From contig CAVSBT010000037.1 in NCBI GenBank assembly GCA_963726245.1, forward strand, positions 96,001-160,000: 64,000 nt of DNA, in the 5' to 3' direction. This DNA comes from an uncultured Chloroflexia bacterium (GTDB taxonomy: Bacteria > Chloroflexota > Dehalococcoidia > DSTF01 > JALHUB01). Shown piece by piece: positions 62,512 through 64,000 of this stretch. The notes under the pieces were generated by a model. That model worked only from the letters and a program-made list of their open reading frames with translations. It was not told the DNA's origin and did no database searches. The position numbers and the translations under genes were made by a program. Position 1 is the first letter of the stretch; each line of letters opens with the position of its first letter.

Positions 62512-63939
62512 ATGCGTACGCGAAAGCTCAGCCGCGCGGCGGCAGCAATTGTCTTGAGCACCCTCGGTGCGGCGCTGCTGGTCTGGCTGGCGGTGGTTCC
62601 AGCCACCCGAGTCCAGGCGGCTACTTTCACCGTCAACGTAACCACCGACGGCGGCGACCTGGCTGCCGACGGTGTCTGCGACTCGGACGCGGCGGGCGGC
62701 AACCAGTGCAGCCTGCGCGCCGCCATCCAGGAGGCCGACGCCTCGGCGGGCCAGGACGTCATCGCCATCGGCGTCGCCGGGCCCATCGTGCTCACCGGCT
62801 CGCTACCGCAGATTACGGATAACGGCCTTGTTATCACCGGGAGCGGCCAGCAGGTCAGCATGACCGCCCCTGGCATCGCCTTCTGAGGTCAACGCTGACG
62901 GCGTCCAGATCAACAACCTGGTCATCGACGGCTCGAACGTCGGCACCACGGGCATCAGGATCAGCGTCCACGACGGATGACCTGATCCTGGACGGCGTCA
63001 CGTCCGTGGCTTCACCAGTGACGGCTTCTGAGAACACCGGTGGCGGCGGCCAGCGCAATACCATCCGCAACAGCACCTTCACCGCCAACGCGGGCGACGG
63101 CATCGGGTTCACCGGCGGCAAAGATGACGTCGTATCTCGACAGCATCATCACCAACAACGGCCAGGCGGCCGACGGCCTGGAGGTGTCAACGAGGACGGC
63201 CTGGTCATCCAGGGCAACACCTTCTCAGGCAACTTCAACGCCCAGATCGCTGATCGGCAGCATGCAGGCCGGCCAGCACGTGTCTATCATCCAGAACAGC
63301 ATCACATCGGGCTCCGACGGCATCGTCATCGGTGCGGCGGTGAACGCGACGGCCGCCATCGACATCGGCCTCTCCGTCGCCAACCGCAACGTCTTCCGCG
63401 GCGCCATTGCCGCCCCGGCCGAGCAGCACCTGAGGAACCTGAGCCCCGCCAACATCAACGCCATCTACAACGACTGGGACGCCTACAATCCGGCCGCCAT
63501 CGAGGGCGAAATCTGCCACGATGGCGACGCGGGTTGCGGGCCCGGCGTGGTCAACTTTGATCCGTTCGTCGACACGCCCTCGCCCCTGCCCACCATCACG
63601 CCGACGCCCACGGTCACCGAGACGCCCGGTACCCCCACGGTAACGCCCACGGGGACGCCTGCCGCTACCGGCACGCCGGGAGCCGTGGAGACGTTGCCCC
63701 TGATAGCAGGCTGCAACCCGCTGGCCTGGACCGGGACCGACAACACGCCCATCGCCACCATCGCCGGCGCCGTCTCGCCGGCGGGCATTCTCGTGGCACT
63801 CTGGCAGTTCAACAACGGCACCTGGCTCGGCTACTCGCCTCAGTTCCCCGAAGTCAGCGACCTTCAGCAGATGAACCGTCTGGACGTTGCCTTCGTCTGT
63901 GTGAGTGGCGCGGGCACCTTCAGCCGTCCCGTGATCTAG
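62512..63939 (+). CDS. Secreted CSLREA-like/parallel beta-helix protein 3, more divergent (multiple indels)
   Basis: AAGGAG RBS, signal peptide ending VQA, NQCSLRAAIQEAD, beta-helix repeats, TPT linker, ...FSRPVI*. Confidence 0.82.
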
Positions 63940-63970
63940 GAGGCACAAAGGGCAGAGCTCACCAATCACG

Positions 63971-64000
63971 GGTCGGGGCGGTCGTGCGACCGCCCCGACC
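63971..64000 (+). terminator. Hairpin after surface protein 3 (3' flank cut by window end)
   Basis: GGTCGGGGCGGTCG-TG-CGACCGCCCCGACC. Confidence 0.6.

Noticed and set aside
62884-62886. In-frame TGA in surface protein 3 as selenocysteine or readthrough
   Set aside because: The homologous sequence (EVNADGV, matching EVDADNV in the paralogs) continues in another frame, so this is a one-base insertion
58816-63939. Diversity-generating retroelement (similar 3' ends followed by GC hairpins)
   Set aside because: No reverse transcriptase or non-coding template repeat in the window; differences between the C-terminal regions include many synonymous C/G/T changes and are not adenine-specific

Overview
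GC-rich bacterial chromosomal segment, most likely Chloroflexota (Dehalococcoidia-like). This placement is inferred from the RpoB/RpoC style, a class F sortase and the gene repertoire. Core content: dcd-ribD-ribE-ribBA-ribH, two ECF sigma/anti-sigma pairs, lepB, gdhA, a stand-alone rpoBC, a TPP-riboswitch-led thiamine operon, DsbA/VKOR, HtrA, zur-znuCB, a GltD-like oxidoreductase, hot-dog-fold genes, an ArsA-like ATPase, dnaE, thrB/lysC and two tRNA-Ser. Many genes, including essential ones, are broken by single-base indels, so the assembly is error-prone and single-base claims need read support. Best candidates for novelty: (1) a class F sortase divergent from three tandem secreted CSLREA/beta-helix proteins that share an unrecognised Cys-bracketed C-terminal domain and lack an LPxTG tail, two of them preceded by a conserved, apparently structured leader; (2) many REP/REPIN-like palindromes, some supplying stop codons, one nested in another and one inserted in-frame in dnaE; (3) a riboflavin synthase with substituted active-site residues; (4) a Zn-dependent dehydrogenase and an orphan gene inside the thiamine operon.
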